DNA of 64,000 bases from positions 563,402 to 627,401 of the forward strand of contig NMRA01000143.1 in the NCBI GenBank assembly GCA_002633005.1, given 5' to 3'. A model generated the notes under the pieces. That model saw nothing but the letters and a program-made list of their open reading frames with translations. It did no database searches and was not told where the DNA came from. Within the stretch, counting starts at the first letter, position 1, and every line of letters starts with the position of its first letter. Made by a program: the position numbers and the translations under genes. Source of the DNA: Phoronis australis (taxonomy: Eukaryota; Animalia; Phoronida). Shown here piece after piece: positions 11,329 through 24,151 of the stretch.

Positions 11329-12339
11329 ATCACTTCAATTTGTGAATAATTAATCACCCAAATTCTCCATTCTGCATTGTTTGTTGAGTAACCCCATAAA
11401 ATTGTTGCAAAATATTGTAGCTCAGGTTTCTTATTTAATGTAAAAAATGAAAACTCAAATTAAATTTTCACTTGTTCTCGATTTCGTAATTTTAATTGGT
11501 AAAATTTTGTTGAAGTTTTTCAAACTGAACAGGGCGAACTTTGCTGAAATTCAACCTATCTTTGGCGCACTTTATAACGTACAGTGCTTTATGTCATTAT
11601 TATATAGGAGCCAGATAAAACTTACCTTAAGTGTAATTCCCTATGATGGTGAATTCCGCTTCCACTCAACTGTGACGACGGAGAATTTTACCTGCACTTG
11701 GTCATCCATCGACATTTGGTTTCTTCTTGGTATTTAATGTGACAATGTGTTGGACACTGGTACAAAAATTAGGTATAAAATTAAAATAGTATGAATATGG
11801 TATTTAAAAATACTTCCATGTATCGTAACCTCGTCATAGTTTGGCACTGTCCAATTTATCCTCGAAATTGCAACAGTTTTGCTTTGATGACCCCTAGTGG
11901 TGGTGGAGCGACTTCTGCACCTTCATCTGTAACACCACAAAAAGCAATTTGTCCCTAATCAAAGGGCTTCACAAGTCAGCACCTTGTCATTTGAGTAGAA
12001 CTGGGTTATTTTCACTGGTAAATAGCTGTACCCATGTATATGAATCTCTGGCGCTTAATGGACTTGGCAAGACCAACGGATTGTACTAGTCAGTTGGGTA
12101 ATCGTTATTTCTGGATGCAGTTGTGAGTAGTGTTGGACTCTTGATTCACAAAGTGCGATTTAGTTGTTGTTGACTGGACTCACCATGACTGTCGAGATGT
12201 AGAATTTAAAGCAGCTATAAAATCGTCTCCACTTGCAGAATTGAGTTTTGATTTAGACCACTTTCCATTAGGAAATTGGTTTCAAATTGTTCTTTAATCA
12301 AACTGAAAGTGATTTCAAGGCTTTAAAAGAACTACCATT

Positions 12340-12587
12340 TTTATGCGCCCACATATTTATATGTGGACGCATTATGCCGTCATCTCTGTCCGTCCGTCCG
12401 GGCGGCGTCCGGCGTCCGCTGCTCTATCTCCAAAACCCTTTGACATACGTTCATGAAATTTGGCACATATGTTCCATTCATGAATGGGACGGCATGTGCG
12501 AACTTTCGGACGGATCCGACTACCGGTGTGCCCCCTAGTGGCAATTTTAGTTTTTTACGCTTACCTTTGTATCTTCAAAAGTCCTGA
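12340..12587. mobile_element. Truncated Helentron/HINE-like non-autonomous element (cut at the N at 12588)
   Basis: Terminal palindrome ccacatatttatatgtgg and (gtcc)n microsatellite, inserted in a T-run. Absent from the homologous site at ~14862-14868. Reverse-complement match to 23390-23602. Confidence 0.65.
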
Positions 12588-12588
12588 N

Positions 12589-14867
12589 GTTCTAGCGCTT
12601 CACTGTTACTGTGTTCTAGCGCTGCACTATCACTGTGTTCTAGCGCTGCACCTACTGAGATAAGCTTGCTGCTGATGTTGATTTTCAGATGAGTTTGACT
12701 ACTGTGGTGCCGCCTAGTGCCAGTTCTTTTGCCTGTTGCTCAATGTTTATCAAGTTTCTTAACATAATATATCTTCATAGCATATGTGTTTTTATTGAGA
12801 CCACAGCTGACATTGGCTCCCCCTAGTGGCAATTTCATTCTTTTCATATGTCTGAATATCTACCAAGTTCCTCAATAGATCGCAATAAAATTTGATTTTT
12901 ATGTTCCTGTTTAGAGGAGCACGGCTGACTTTGGTTTCGGAATGTAGGGGCAAATTGTTGTGTATTTATTCACATACATCAAGTTCTCATTAGTGGATCT
13001 TCACACTTTGTCCCCAGTGCGACTAATGAGGATAGCCTGCTCAACACATGCTGGATTGTGGATGGATCAAAGTAGTGTGGAAATATACTAGTATTAAAAC
13101 TGATCACCTCTTATTCATTTATTGTTTCTCATACACACAGTGTGTGTATATTAATGCTCCCCACTGCTCTTTTTGACAGTTTGTTTAGGCTATTGTTTCT
13201 CATACACACTGTGTGCGCATATCAATGCTCCCCACTGCTCTTTTTGACAGTTTGTTTAGACTATTGTTTCTCATACACATTGTGTGCACATATCAATACT
13301 CCCCACTGCTCTTTTTGACAGTCTGTTTAGACTATTGTTTCTCATACACATTGTGTGCACATATCAATACTCCCCACTGCTCTTGTTGACAGTCTGTTTG
13401 GGCCTTGTTACCAGGGCTTTGTTGCCCTAAAAAGATTCAACTAACTTTTATATGCTTGTGCAACAGAAATAGTTAACCACCCCTACACCAATTATTGAAG
13501 GTGACAGTTGCGTAATTGAACTAGAGTAAGTCACTTAAAGAAATGATGGTTTTTGTGTGACGACACGTGAGTATTATAGTGAAGTCCATTTTATGTTAAG
13601 GTGTTGTTGAACTACTTGCTCTAGGTTCATTGTATTTCAAACTGGTAGTCAATAGGTCACGTTCTTGTTTCCATTTCAGAACAAGTGGGTGATGGGCTTT
13701 GGTCTAGTGGCACTCTCCTGCTGTGTTGGATATTTAGGGTACATGCGGGCACAGGCCGAGAACAGGCAGGACCTCTATACGGCCATGAACCAGAACGAAG
13801 AGTTTGTTGTGAAGAAACGTCCTTCGCGATGGGACTAAATCACTTCAATTTGTGAGGATTCTCAACAAACCTCAATAATTAATCACCCAAATTCTCCATT
13901 CTGCATTGTTTGTTGAGTAACCCCATAAAATTGTTGCAAAATATTGTAGCTCAGGTTTCTTATTTAATGTCAAAAATGAGAACTCAAATTAAATTTTCAC
14001 TTGTTCTCAATTTCGTAATTTTAATTGGTAAAATTTTGTTGAAGTTTTTCAAACTGAACAGGGCGGACTTTGGTGAAATTCAACCTATCTTTGGCGCACT
14101 TTATAACGTACAGTGCTTTATGTCATTATTATATAGGAGCCAGATAAAATTTACCTTAAGTGTAATTCCCTATGATGGTGAATTCCGCTTCCACTCAACT
14201 GTGACGACGGAGAATTTTACCTACACTTGGTCATTCATCGACATTTGGTTTCTTCTTGGTATTTAATGTGACAATGTGTTGGACACTGGTACAAAAATTA
14301 GGTATAAAATTAAAATAGTATGAATATGGTATTTAAAAATACTTCCATATATCGTAACCTCATCACAGTTTGGCACTGTCCAATTTATCCTCGAAATTGC
14401 AACAGTTTTGCTTTGATGACCCCTAGTGGTGGTGGAGCAACTTCTGCACCTACATCCGTAACACCACAAAAAGCAATTTGTCCCTAATCAAAGGGCTTCA
14501 CAAGTCAGCACCTTGTCATTTGAGTAGAACTGGGTTATTTTCACTGGTAATAGCTGTACCCATGTAAATGAATCTCTGGCGCTTAATGGACTTGGCAAGA
14601 CCAACCGATTGTAGTCAGTTGGGTAATCGTAATTTCTGGATGCAGTTGTGAGTAGTGTTGGACTCTTGATTCACAAAGTGCGATTTAGTTGTTGTTGACT
14701 GGACTCGCCATCACTGTCGAGATGTAGAATTTAAAGCAGCTATAAAATCGCCTCCATTGCACAATTGAGTTTTGATTTAGACCACTTTCCATTAGGAAAT
14801 TGGTTTCAAATTGTTCTTTAGTCAAACTGAAAGTGATTTCAAGGCTTTAAAAGAACTACCATTTTTA
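12589..14867 (+). repeat. Near-identical duplicate of ~10217-12342, including SMIM8 exon B
   Basis: Colinear sequence with scattered SNPs and indels, starting immediately after a single N. Confidence 0.9.
13680..13838 (+). CDS. SMIM8: Second copy of SMIM8 terminal exon B (probably allelic)
   Basis: Encodes the same peptide as 11170-11328; I see one synonymous TGC/TGT difference. Confidence 0.6.
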   Translation, partial: NKWVMGFGLVALSCCVGYLGYMRAQAENRQDLYTAMNQNEEFVVKKRPSRWD

Positions 14868-16545
14868 TTATTTGAGTGAAGTTTCTACAAGTTGGCCAAT
14901 TCAGGCTTGTCATTTTGTGCGGGAAACATAGTCTCGAGAAATCAAGTATTGTCAGTTCCTTGCAGACCCAGAAGTCAATTCTCATGTTAGTAAGGAACAA
15001 GTTGAGAACAACTTTATATTCGTAGGGGTTTAAGCGGGTTTATATGAGGAACCCAGTACAGGTAAAATGTGACACCTAAGGGAGTTTACTAATGCCACTA
15101 AGCCCTTTGAATTCAGTCCTGATGCTGGGACAACTATGTTATCCCTTATGACGCCTCATCAGTCATGATGCCATAAAGCTGTGTCTGTTGACCGTTGCTC
15201 ATCCAGCCAGCTGACTCTGTTTTGTTTGCAGGGCATGTGCTTCGGTTGACAAAGTTAATTGGGTTTTCGGTTGACAAAGTTAATTGGGTTTTCGCTTGAA
15301 TTTTTACCTGTGTTTGGTCGGACACTACATGTATAGCCCCTTTAAGGAAATCATCGCCAGTCCTTGTTTTTGCAATGTAACCTTCATCAGCAGCTACTTG
15401 AAGTGAATGTGGACACCCGTGGCTGCTGAACTATTACCATGGTTAACACTTCAACTTCCGGTCGTACCACTTTAACAACAACCCAAAATTTCACAAAACA
15501 TTGAAAACAAGTTTGCTGTACCCAAAACTGATGTAGCATGTAGCTTTAATTATCTGTAAGGGTCATCGAGTGTGAACTCGTTGCATTAGATAATCATTTG
15601 CAATAATCGGAATATACTTTTCCTAAAGTCTAAACGTCATTTTATTAAAGCCGGTCATCAAATCAGAAAACCCCGAATACTGAACTCGAGAACGATAGAT
15701 CATAGCTAGAAACCACTCGCGCACTGCAGGTAGCCCGTGAGGAGATTTATGTTCATGTTCATACCAATTTTAACGAAAACAAGTAATGCCGTTTTGTATT
15801 GAATGCTTTTGATAGCCAACGCAGCATATAATAATGAGCGGATACCGACACCGAATTGAATGCAGCAACACCTTGTAATTGGCCACTTTGTTGGCTACTT
15901 GTGGCCCTTAGCTTTGCCCACAAGCAAATCTGCACAATTGTCCAGTCCAGTCAGGAAAGCCGAGTAGCAGCTCCAGTGATGTCTATGTTTTAAATGCCGC
16001 CCTTCCTGAAGAACGCAGATACTGCAGCCACGACACTTAAGATCTTGTACGAAATGTGTCGACATCCTCTGGTGCCTGTAATAGAACAAGATTCGCTGTT
16101 ACGTAATTTCGCTCCAAATTTAGTGGCGGTGCGCACTACGACTCCGTTTCCGTCGTCTGCTTCACTGAGCAATGAAGAAAATTTACTTCATTTTTTAAAG
16201 AAAATGGAACCTGAGTGACGATGAAAAAACAGAAGCTGCTCGTAAGATGTGAATTTTAATCGAAGACTTAGTGAATCACTCAGAAACTCGCAATACTCTC
16301 TTTGTCAAACCTTAAATTTAGACGATTTCCAAAGCGATCCCGTCATTATTGCCAACACGAAAGACGGATTTGGTTTTTTGGGCATTTGAAGACTATTTCA
16401 AATACGACAAATTTGTTAAGAATTGATGGCACAAAATATAAAACGTATAATAACCATTACAAAAAGAAGTAGGTTTCACGCGCAAACGCTGTGGACCATA
16501 ACCAAGAAGGCCTTTTTAGTATAAGATTAGTAGGCTAGTTAAATC

Positions 16546-16612
16546 GTGGTGGTGTAGTGGTAACGCACGCGCGCTCTATCCGCCAGGTCGTGAGTTCGAG
16601 TCTTTGGTACTT
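16546..16612 (+). mobile_element. tRNA-derived SINE head or tRNA pseudogene
   Basis: A-box TGGTGTAGTGG and B-box GAGTTCGAGTC at tRNA spacing, but no intact cloverleaf. Confidence 0.55.
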
Positions 16613-18915
16613 GCAGTTTTTCCTGTTTGACACGTTCTCCGTGTTTTTTTTTTGCCTTTTTTCTTGGATAATACTTCAGGAATCTAGGAAAATGCTTGAT
16701 TTTTAGAGGTAAAAACAGAAAAATTTCCTGGGCGGGAGGGGGACAAACTCCTCTCCCGATCTCCCCCCATTTGGTGCTATGCGCATCTACAATCGTGGTT
16801 AAATTTTCGCAAATGCTTACAGCCGGGCGAAATGTTGGGCCCCCCTTGTGATATCTCAGTAGATCCACCACTGTTACCAGACGCGCCCACATTAGTAATG
16901 TCGGTATTTGAGAGTTACGGCTACGTGTTAACACGCATGCGAACGGGTCACTAGTTCACGCTCGCGTATACATTGTTTCCCATTAGTGAACTTCGGTTAC
17001 ATGTTGAAGGCGAACGCGACTGGAGAACGGTTACACTGCCAGAGTGACCCTGTGGGGACAATCACTGATCAGCAGTGGCGCCATAACGAATTGGTAGCCA
17101 GCCAGAGCAAACTAGCTGTATGAAGACTATCGTCAAAATACAGCTAGTTAGCCTTGGTGCAAAGCTGTATACTACTCAGTAGGACTATACTCCCATCTAA
17201 ATTTATATGCTTTGTGCCGATGTGGGTAAAAAGCTAGCCAAACAAAATCTAACCCAGAATTAGTCCACGCTTCACCTTGAGTAAGCTAAATTATTTACCG
17301 GTGTTAGGCAGAAAAGTTGGCGTTCTACCGGTATTCTACTGGTGAAGTTCTGGAGCCGATCTCACGTGTCTCCTAGTGTTACCTATTGGCCAGTGCGAGA
17401 TTGAGTGAAGAGTGTGACCTGGCGCGTGACACTTAGGCCTAGTGCGAAATAGCATGGGAAGATATCAGGTGAAATTTATATTTGTGTCCCTTGGACTTTT
17501 TGTTCGTCAACAGGCGTTATGTCGCGTAATTTCCTCAAAATGGCACTGGAGCGAACCGCAACATATTTTCATGGATATGTTCAAGTTATGTTAACAAAAT
17601 TGTATCCAGAGTCATGGTATGTGTTAATTATTACTCCATGTGCATATGCATGCACGTTTCATTCGATTTTATTGCTGTATTTTGAAATGAGTAATTTTTT
17701 ATGGGGATGTATAGTTCTGTTCAAAGCTCATAACTTCAGGAAGTGTATTGATTGTTACAATTTTTCGACCGTAAAACCGACTGTGTCCCTTAAATTCGGC
17801 ATTGATAGAGACAGCGAATGGTCGGCCCAGACATACCTGTAGATGTGATCATATTTGGGGTCTTCTTGGAGTTGTTGGCAAACCTGGAATCTAAGACGTA
17901 GTACCTTTACTCTCGTTACTTTCTATAAGCATTTGTGAATCACTAATTCTTGAAAATGTAGTAGTCTTTCAAAGAGCAGTTTTATACTTTTGTAGGCAGA
18001 ATTGTTTACTACATTTTATGATCCTTGTATGCAACGGTCGATTATCTCAGGATCGTAAATGAGAATATATTAAATAATCATCGCTGACCGAAATTAAGTC
18101 CAGACACCTCCAGCTCAGCGTTGTGCGTGCCGAGGTATCTGGACCTCGCTTGTACATGTACATTGGTTGATGTAGAAGTCCTGTATTTAAACTGTAGACA
18201 GCACACCGAACAAATGGTGATTTTTCCGTGACAGAAAAGTTATAACTTGGGGCTAGGAAACAATTGTTCCTAGCTTGGGGTTAACGGAACAGTAGCGGTT
18301 ATTTCAGAATTCTGTTGGGAAATCGACCAAAAGGTGAAGTTGAGCATTCGGAATGCCCAGCTATTGGACGCATTTCCGTGGACAGGAATGTTATCTCGCA
18401 AATGCAACCATAGAACTCTTGGACCGGCATGCCAACTTCCGCGCGTGCATTCTGTCCCGCTTTTTATCCTGAGGACCCACCTTTCAATGCATTTGTTCCA
18501 TCTTTAGTTCTCGATATTGACCGTGACAACTATGCAACAGGTGTTTAAAATAACTGTATCTTTTTATGAATATTGCGTTCATAGACATCTTATATTGTGA
18601 TGTCTGTGACTGCTATTTTCCAGAGTCCACTTTCTTTAGTAAAAACAACCGTAAAATCAGTTCCAATGTCTCTTATACACGGTAACATACACTATGAGGA
18701 TCACTAACTTTTACTTTCTGAAGAAAAGAGTTAATTGCATAGACGGATCCTTGGGGGAGGGGGGTAGGTCAAGGGCCCATTTCCCTTGATTTTTGTAATA
18801 TCAAATGTAGAATTTTCAGATTGTTGACTTGGACCCCTCTTTTTAAAAAGATCCTTGATCGATCTGAACTCCCTTTTAAAAACCCTGGATCCACCGTTTT
18901 ATTGGTTGAAATTTT

Positions 18916-21010
18916 TGGTCCATAGGGTATGAAACAGCGTATCATTCCGAAATCCTGGAGGTCGGAGGCCTCGGTTATTCTAGCTTATATAATGATTACA
19001 ACTGTAGATACATGAATATCATAGCTGACCAACCTTGTGGTTCCAGAACTTCTCCACTCGTGCTAATTGGTAAGTTCCGGTCAGGGGTTGTGTTATCCCG
19101 ATCTGTAACAATGTGCGACAACTGCTGTTATATAGCACTGGTAAAAAGAATCGATTACAGTATGGAACAAATTTGAACGCTCTTCAATTGTCGGCATCCT
19201 ATATCCGGAAAGTTTGAGCTCCCAGTTAATGACAAAATGTATGACAAAGAAGGTAAATACACGTGCTCAGCAATGTTTAATCTTTCTCTTCCATTACTTT
19301 ATATTACCGGAACGCAGCAGACGAGTATAATCTATAATCTCGAAAGGTGGATCCAAAACCAAAGATTAAACACTACAAATTTCAAGGTCACGGATTTCGT
19401 CGAAATACGCATGAATTCGTCAAAATATAGACGAAATGGAATGCTGAATCATTTGGAAACTAGCCTTGAAAGTTTCACTTCGAAATTTCACCGACTTTCG
19501 GGCGACTACAAAAAGATATCCTATTTTTTAAATCTTAATTAGTCAGTCCTGGACGTCAAGTTGCATTTGAGGCCTTGGAAAAATCCCAAGTTGCCACATG
19601 AAATCTGAGGTCGCCAAAACTGGCGTCAAAATCATTGACTAAAAAAAGGTCGTGCCGTACTCCTGCCAATAACGATAGAACGCAGACAATCTCAATACAC
19701 TGGAATCGCGTGTTTTACCGATCTTGCCCGATTTTTGGCGAACAATTCCGCCTTCCGTCTGTTTACCTCCTCTTGCCAAACCTCCACATACCGCGTGTTC
19801 AGTTTAGCACTGTTATAACCGTCTCCGATGCTTATACGTAATTTTACTTGGGGTAGCTGCGGATAGTGGTCAGCGGTAGTGCTGCCGACTGTTTTCTGTT
19901 TGCCGCGTTTTCTCGTGGTGACACAATACGAGGCGAAAAGGCGAATTCACCCATCGTTAGACGCCCCTAGTGCGTTTTAGTGTTGAAATCAACTGCAGTA
20001 AAACATTGGTGATGCAGGACTATCTAGCCTACACCCAGCATCAACAATCCTCTAGAGGAGGTCTTTTAAAATACATTTCTAGTCAATAGTTTATTGCAAT
20101 GCGTAAAGTTAATTCTCCACACAACGAAGGACGGGTGCCACTGCACATTCTTCATGCTGGAAACTACCACCAATACCTGGTCAACTGAGAACCGATGGGG
20201 AACTCGACACGAGACATTATTTTTGCACACCTGCAGTACCGCCTGATAAAACCTCATGTCCGGCCTCGCCCCTTTCATGTTCTTGTCTTCTCTCCCTAGT
20301 CGCCTGTGTCAAAATATTAACTTGATGCCTGGAGCGACATCATATATAGATAACACTACATGAGTGGTAAATTTCCCGAACCAGCTTTGGTCTATAGGGT
20401 ATGAATCAGCGTATCATTCCAAAATTCTGGACTCCGGATGCCTTGGTTATTCTAGCTTACAAAATGATTAGATACATGCATATCATAGCTGACCAACCTT
20501 GTGCTTCCAGATCTTTTCCACTCGTGGCAGTTGGTAACTTCCGGTCAGGGTTTGTGTTATCCCGCTCTGTAACAAAATGCGACGACTACTGTTATTTTCC
20601 ACTGGTAACAAAGAGTCGCTTACCGTGTGGAACAAAATTGAACGCTCTTCACTTGTGGGCATCCTACATCCGGGAAGTTTGAACGTCCAGTTATGGCAAA
20701 CTGTATGACACAGAAGGTAAACACTCGTGCTCAGCAATGTATAAAATTTCTCTTCCATTACTTTATATTACCCGAAACATTGACACACGCAGCAGACGAG
20801 TATAATCTATAATCTCGAAAGTTGGATCCGAATCCAGTTACAATACAGATTTCAAGGTCATCAGATTTCGCGGTCGAAATACGCCTGACTTCGTCAAAAT
20901 ATAGACGAACTGGAATGCTGAATCATTTGGAAACTAGCCTTGGAATTTACACTTCGAAATTTCACCGACTTTCGGGCGACTGCAAAAAGATATCGTATTT
21001 TTTAAATCTA
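18916..21010 (+). repeat. Pair of diverged ~620-bp direct repeats (18916-19537 and 20387-21010)
   Basis: Colinear from tagggtatgaa..cagcgtatcattcc to tttttaaatct, with many substitutions and indels. Confidence 0.85.
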
Positions 21011-22753
21011 ACGGACATTTGTCTTGTATGTGGGCATGTACCTTGTATGTCAAACTTTTCTTTAAATGTATGCGGGCATGTACCTTGTATGTCAAACTTT
21101 TCTTTAAATGTATGCGGCCATGATTTGCCTTTCGACTGAGGCTCGATGCATACTTCCTTTCTTTGCCGAGTGACACCTCCACATTCGCGGTACAGGCGTT
21201 CCGGTGACCGGTTGCATGAAACGGTCCATAAGTTTTAGGAACGTACTTAAGTAATAGTGACGTCCATAAGTTTTAGAGACTGTTGGGTGCAATGTTCCCT
21301 ATAGTTTATTAAGGCCTAACATTAAGGTTATCTAAACCCCGCAAAGTCCCTTTGTTGAGTTCTTTTCAGCAAAATGGCTGATGAACTTCATACTGCTGTT
21401 GAAAATGGACTTTTCAGGGACAGAACCAACCCGCTCGAAAGGTAATGAAATTTCGTCAAAATCCCTCGGCAAATCTCGGAATTTTGACGCAGTTTCCAAG
21501 AGGTTTTGCCCATGTCATAAACCTGAGACTCGTGTAGGTTTCCGGGTTAATGTACCTGCTTAAGTCATGGTTGATATCCTGTAATTTGGGAGGCGAGCAG
21601 TTGGGCCTTGAAAATGCCGATCCCCATTTTTACTTCATCTTTCCGAAATTTGGATTCGACCGACAAATAGGCATAAGCGGTCACTCAACGTTTTTACACT
21701 TGTTTTATGCATTCCAAACGGTTAAAATGAGGCTTCACTACCAATCAATAGTTGGCGTTTTCACAAAAATACATGCATTGTCTTCAAGTCACGTGATATC
21801 ACAAAAATTGAGATTGCCTGGATCTGCCATTCTTTATACATATACGTCCTTAAAATATTGAACAGACCAGACAACCTGACTGAAAGCCTTTTGAAAATAA
21901 TTCGTGATAGGCCGGGTAAAAGTGACATTCCGAGTTAATAGACTATATTTTAAGTTAGCTTTATTCCAAGTTAATGAACTATATTTTAAGTTAGCTTTCG
22001 AATAGGTTTAGCAGGCTTCACACTTAAAATCATATGTCACACCCATTGCAAAACTTTCGTAGGTTCTACTCGACATCAGGTTCTACACAACTTGTAGGCA
22101 TCAGAACGACGACACTGTTGATAAACACAAGTCCACGCTATCACGAATTGACCTATCGCAAGCTCCGCTCCCTTGCGTAATGTCGACGAACAAACAATGA
22201 GTTTTACCCAGCAACATATGTTGTTGGTCTGGTAAAATGGCGGCTTGGAAACGAAGGTGTGTCAATATAATGCTGCGTTCTAAATGGTCAGTTAACCCGT
22301 CACTCAAAATTCTGGCGATGGGTCAATCATTCAACGGTAGCAGATGCCTTGGCGGAGAGAAGCCGGTCGTGTGTCAAATTTGGTGACCGTGTACTGCCTC
22401 GGTTCAAAATTACAAGCAAATGTCCCTCTAAATGGCGCGTTTCCCCAACGTGATAGGGTGCATTGACGTGCGTACATATGACTTTCCCCCGTCAATGAGT
22501 TTGAAAGTTTCTTCTGTACATAACTACCAGACACAAGGAAACTATTAAACTCAGAAATCACTTCGTACAGCGAAGTTAATGTTTTTTAAAAAGATTTAGA
22601 ACATTAATCCAATAAGATATTTCTTTTCATGTCAGGAACGCACGCACATTTCACATTATTTCATGGCAGGTGTCTTTGTTTAGGAGGCTGTAACTGAGCA
22701 ACTAATTCGGTGGCCCTACCTTCTGTACTAGGAAAAGATCAAACATGAAATTT

Positions 22754-23602
22754 AACAAGAGCAACGCAGAGCGTTGAAATGCGCCCACGAATGCACCGCA
22801 AACGGGGTGCTTCTAGGTTTGCAGTATTTGTATCATAAATTGGCCACTAGATGGCACAAAAACGTCCAATCCATCCGAAACCGGGAACATACCATCGGTT
22901 CTTTAACAGAAAACTATTAACAAATTTCATACAAATCCGTCAAGGAACATCAGAGAAACGGGAGAAAATGGAAAACATGAAATTGCCACTAGGGGGCACA
23001 GCGTTAGTTGGATCCGCCTAAAATTTGTCGTCGTCTGTTGTTAGCTTCATATAAATACACTTACTAAATTTAATAAAGATCATGGTATGGGTTTAAGAGA
23101 TACAGCTGTGGGTGCAAAACAAAAACAAAGCTATCACTAGGAGGCTCCACCATGCAGTAGTCGAAGTCGTTCATCGTCAACCGTCCTCTTAGAGCAGTTT
23201 GGTTGATAGAGGGGTGCACGCCAAAAACAAGCTCGAAAACAGTAAAAATGGCCACTAGGTGGCGCAAACTACGCCGAATCCATCCGAAAGCGGGAGGATA
23301 GCGTCATGTCTATATGCTAAATTTTATGAAGATACGTTGAGGACCTTTAATTGGAGATACAGAGGTAAGCGTATAAAACTAAAATTGACATTACGGCCGG
23401 GGGCACAGCAGTAGTCCGGATCCGTCTGAAAGTTCGCTTATGCCGGTCCCCCATAAAAGGAACACGTGCAAAATTTCATGAACATTCGTCAAAGCTAGGG
23501 TTTTGGAGAAAGAGCAGGGAACGCCGGACTCCGTAGGGACGGACGGACGGACGGAGATGACGGCACAATGCCTCCACATATAAATATGTGGGCGCACAAA
23601 AA
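22754..23602. mobile_element. Helentron/HINE-like non-autonomous element
   Basis: Begins aacaagag, has repeated gccactag(g) modules, (ggac)n, and the terminal palindrome ccacatataaatatgtgg followed by an A-run. Confidence 0.6.
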
Positions 23603-23712
23603 GTAAATGGTAATCCGGCAGGAGACTTGGATGAATTGTTAAGTTTTATCTTGAACTAACTAAACGAGTTGGCCTGGACCTCTGCAAATATATGCGCTGG
23701 CCATGTCCGTAA

Positions 23713-24117
23713 CACAGACGTCCTCAGCTTCTGATCGTCTCTAATACACTACATATATACTATAAGGTATGACACACGAATTCCACGGGTGCTTCAGTTC
23801 AGCCGTCCACATCAAACACAAAGCTCAATAAATTTACACAGAACAGCAGTTCAACAAACCTTGAGCAAGTGTTCTTTCTTCTATTACCATTTAGAGTGTT
23901 CTGCCCCAGCAACAAATTCGAAGTCAAAGCGCAAAAATCTTCCCAAAAAGCCGATGCGCACTGTCAATGTGTCCCACGGAAGTTGCCGATTGAGTTTTGT
24001 GTTTGATATGGACGGCTGAAGAGAAAGCACCCGTGGAATATCTAGTCCCGAGTGTCATACCTTGTCGTAATATATATATGGTGTATTGGGGACAATCAGA
24101 AGCGGAGGACGCCTGTG
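23713..24117. mobile_element. MITE with CACAG...CTGTG termini and an apparent 4-bp TSD (GTAA)
   Basis: Long imperfect TIRs (cacagacgtcctcagcttctgatcg / caatcagaagcggaggacgcctgtg) with gtaa on both flanks. Confidence 0.65.
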
Positions 24118-24151
24118 GTAAGTGAAAGGAGACTAACTTTCAGCGACCTAC

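Noticed and set aside
11447-14266. Duplicated ORFs MKTQIKFSLV... (11447-11737, 13910-14266)
   Set aside because: AT-rich sequence 3' of SMIM8 exon B with no domain signal; the similarity comes only from the duplication.
15895-16400. Possible gene around ORF 15994-16218
   Set aside because: All frames contain stops, and I found no recognisable motif or consistent splice structure.
16546-16620. Functional tRNA gene
   Set aside because: A and B boxes are present, but the acceptor and anticodon stems do not pair.
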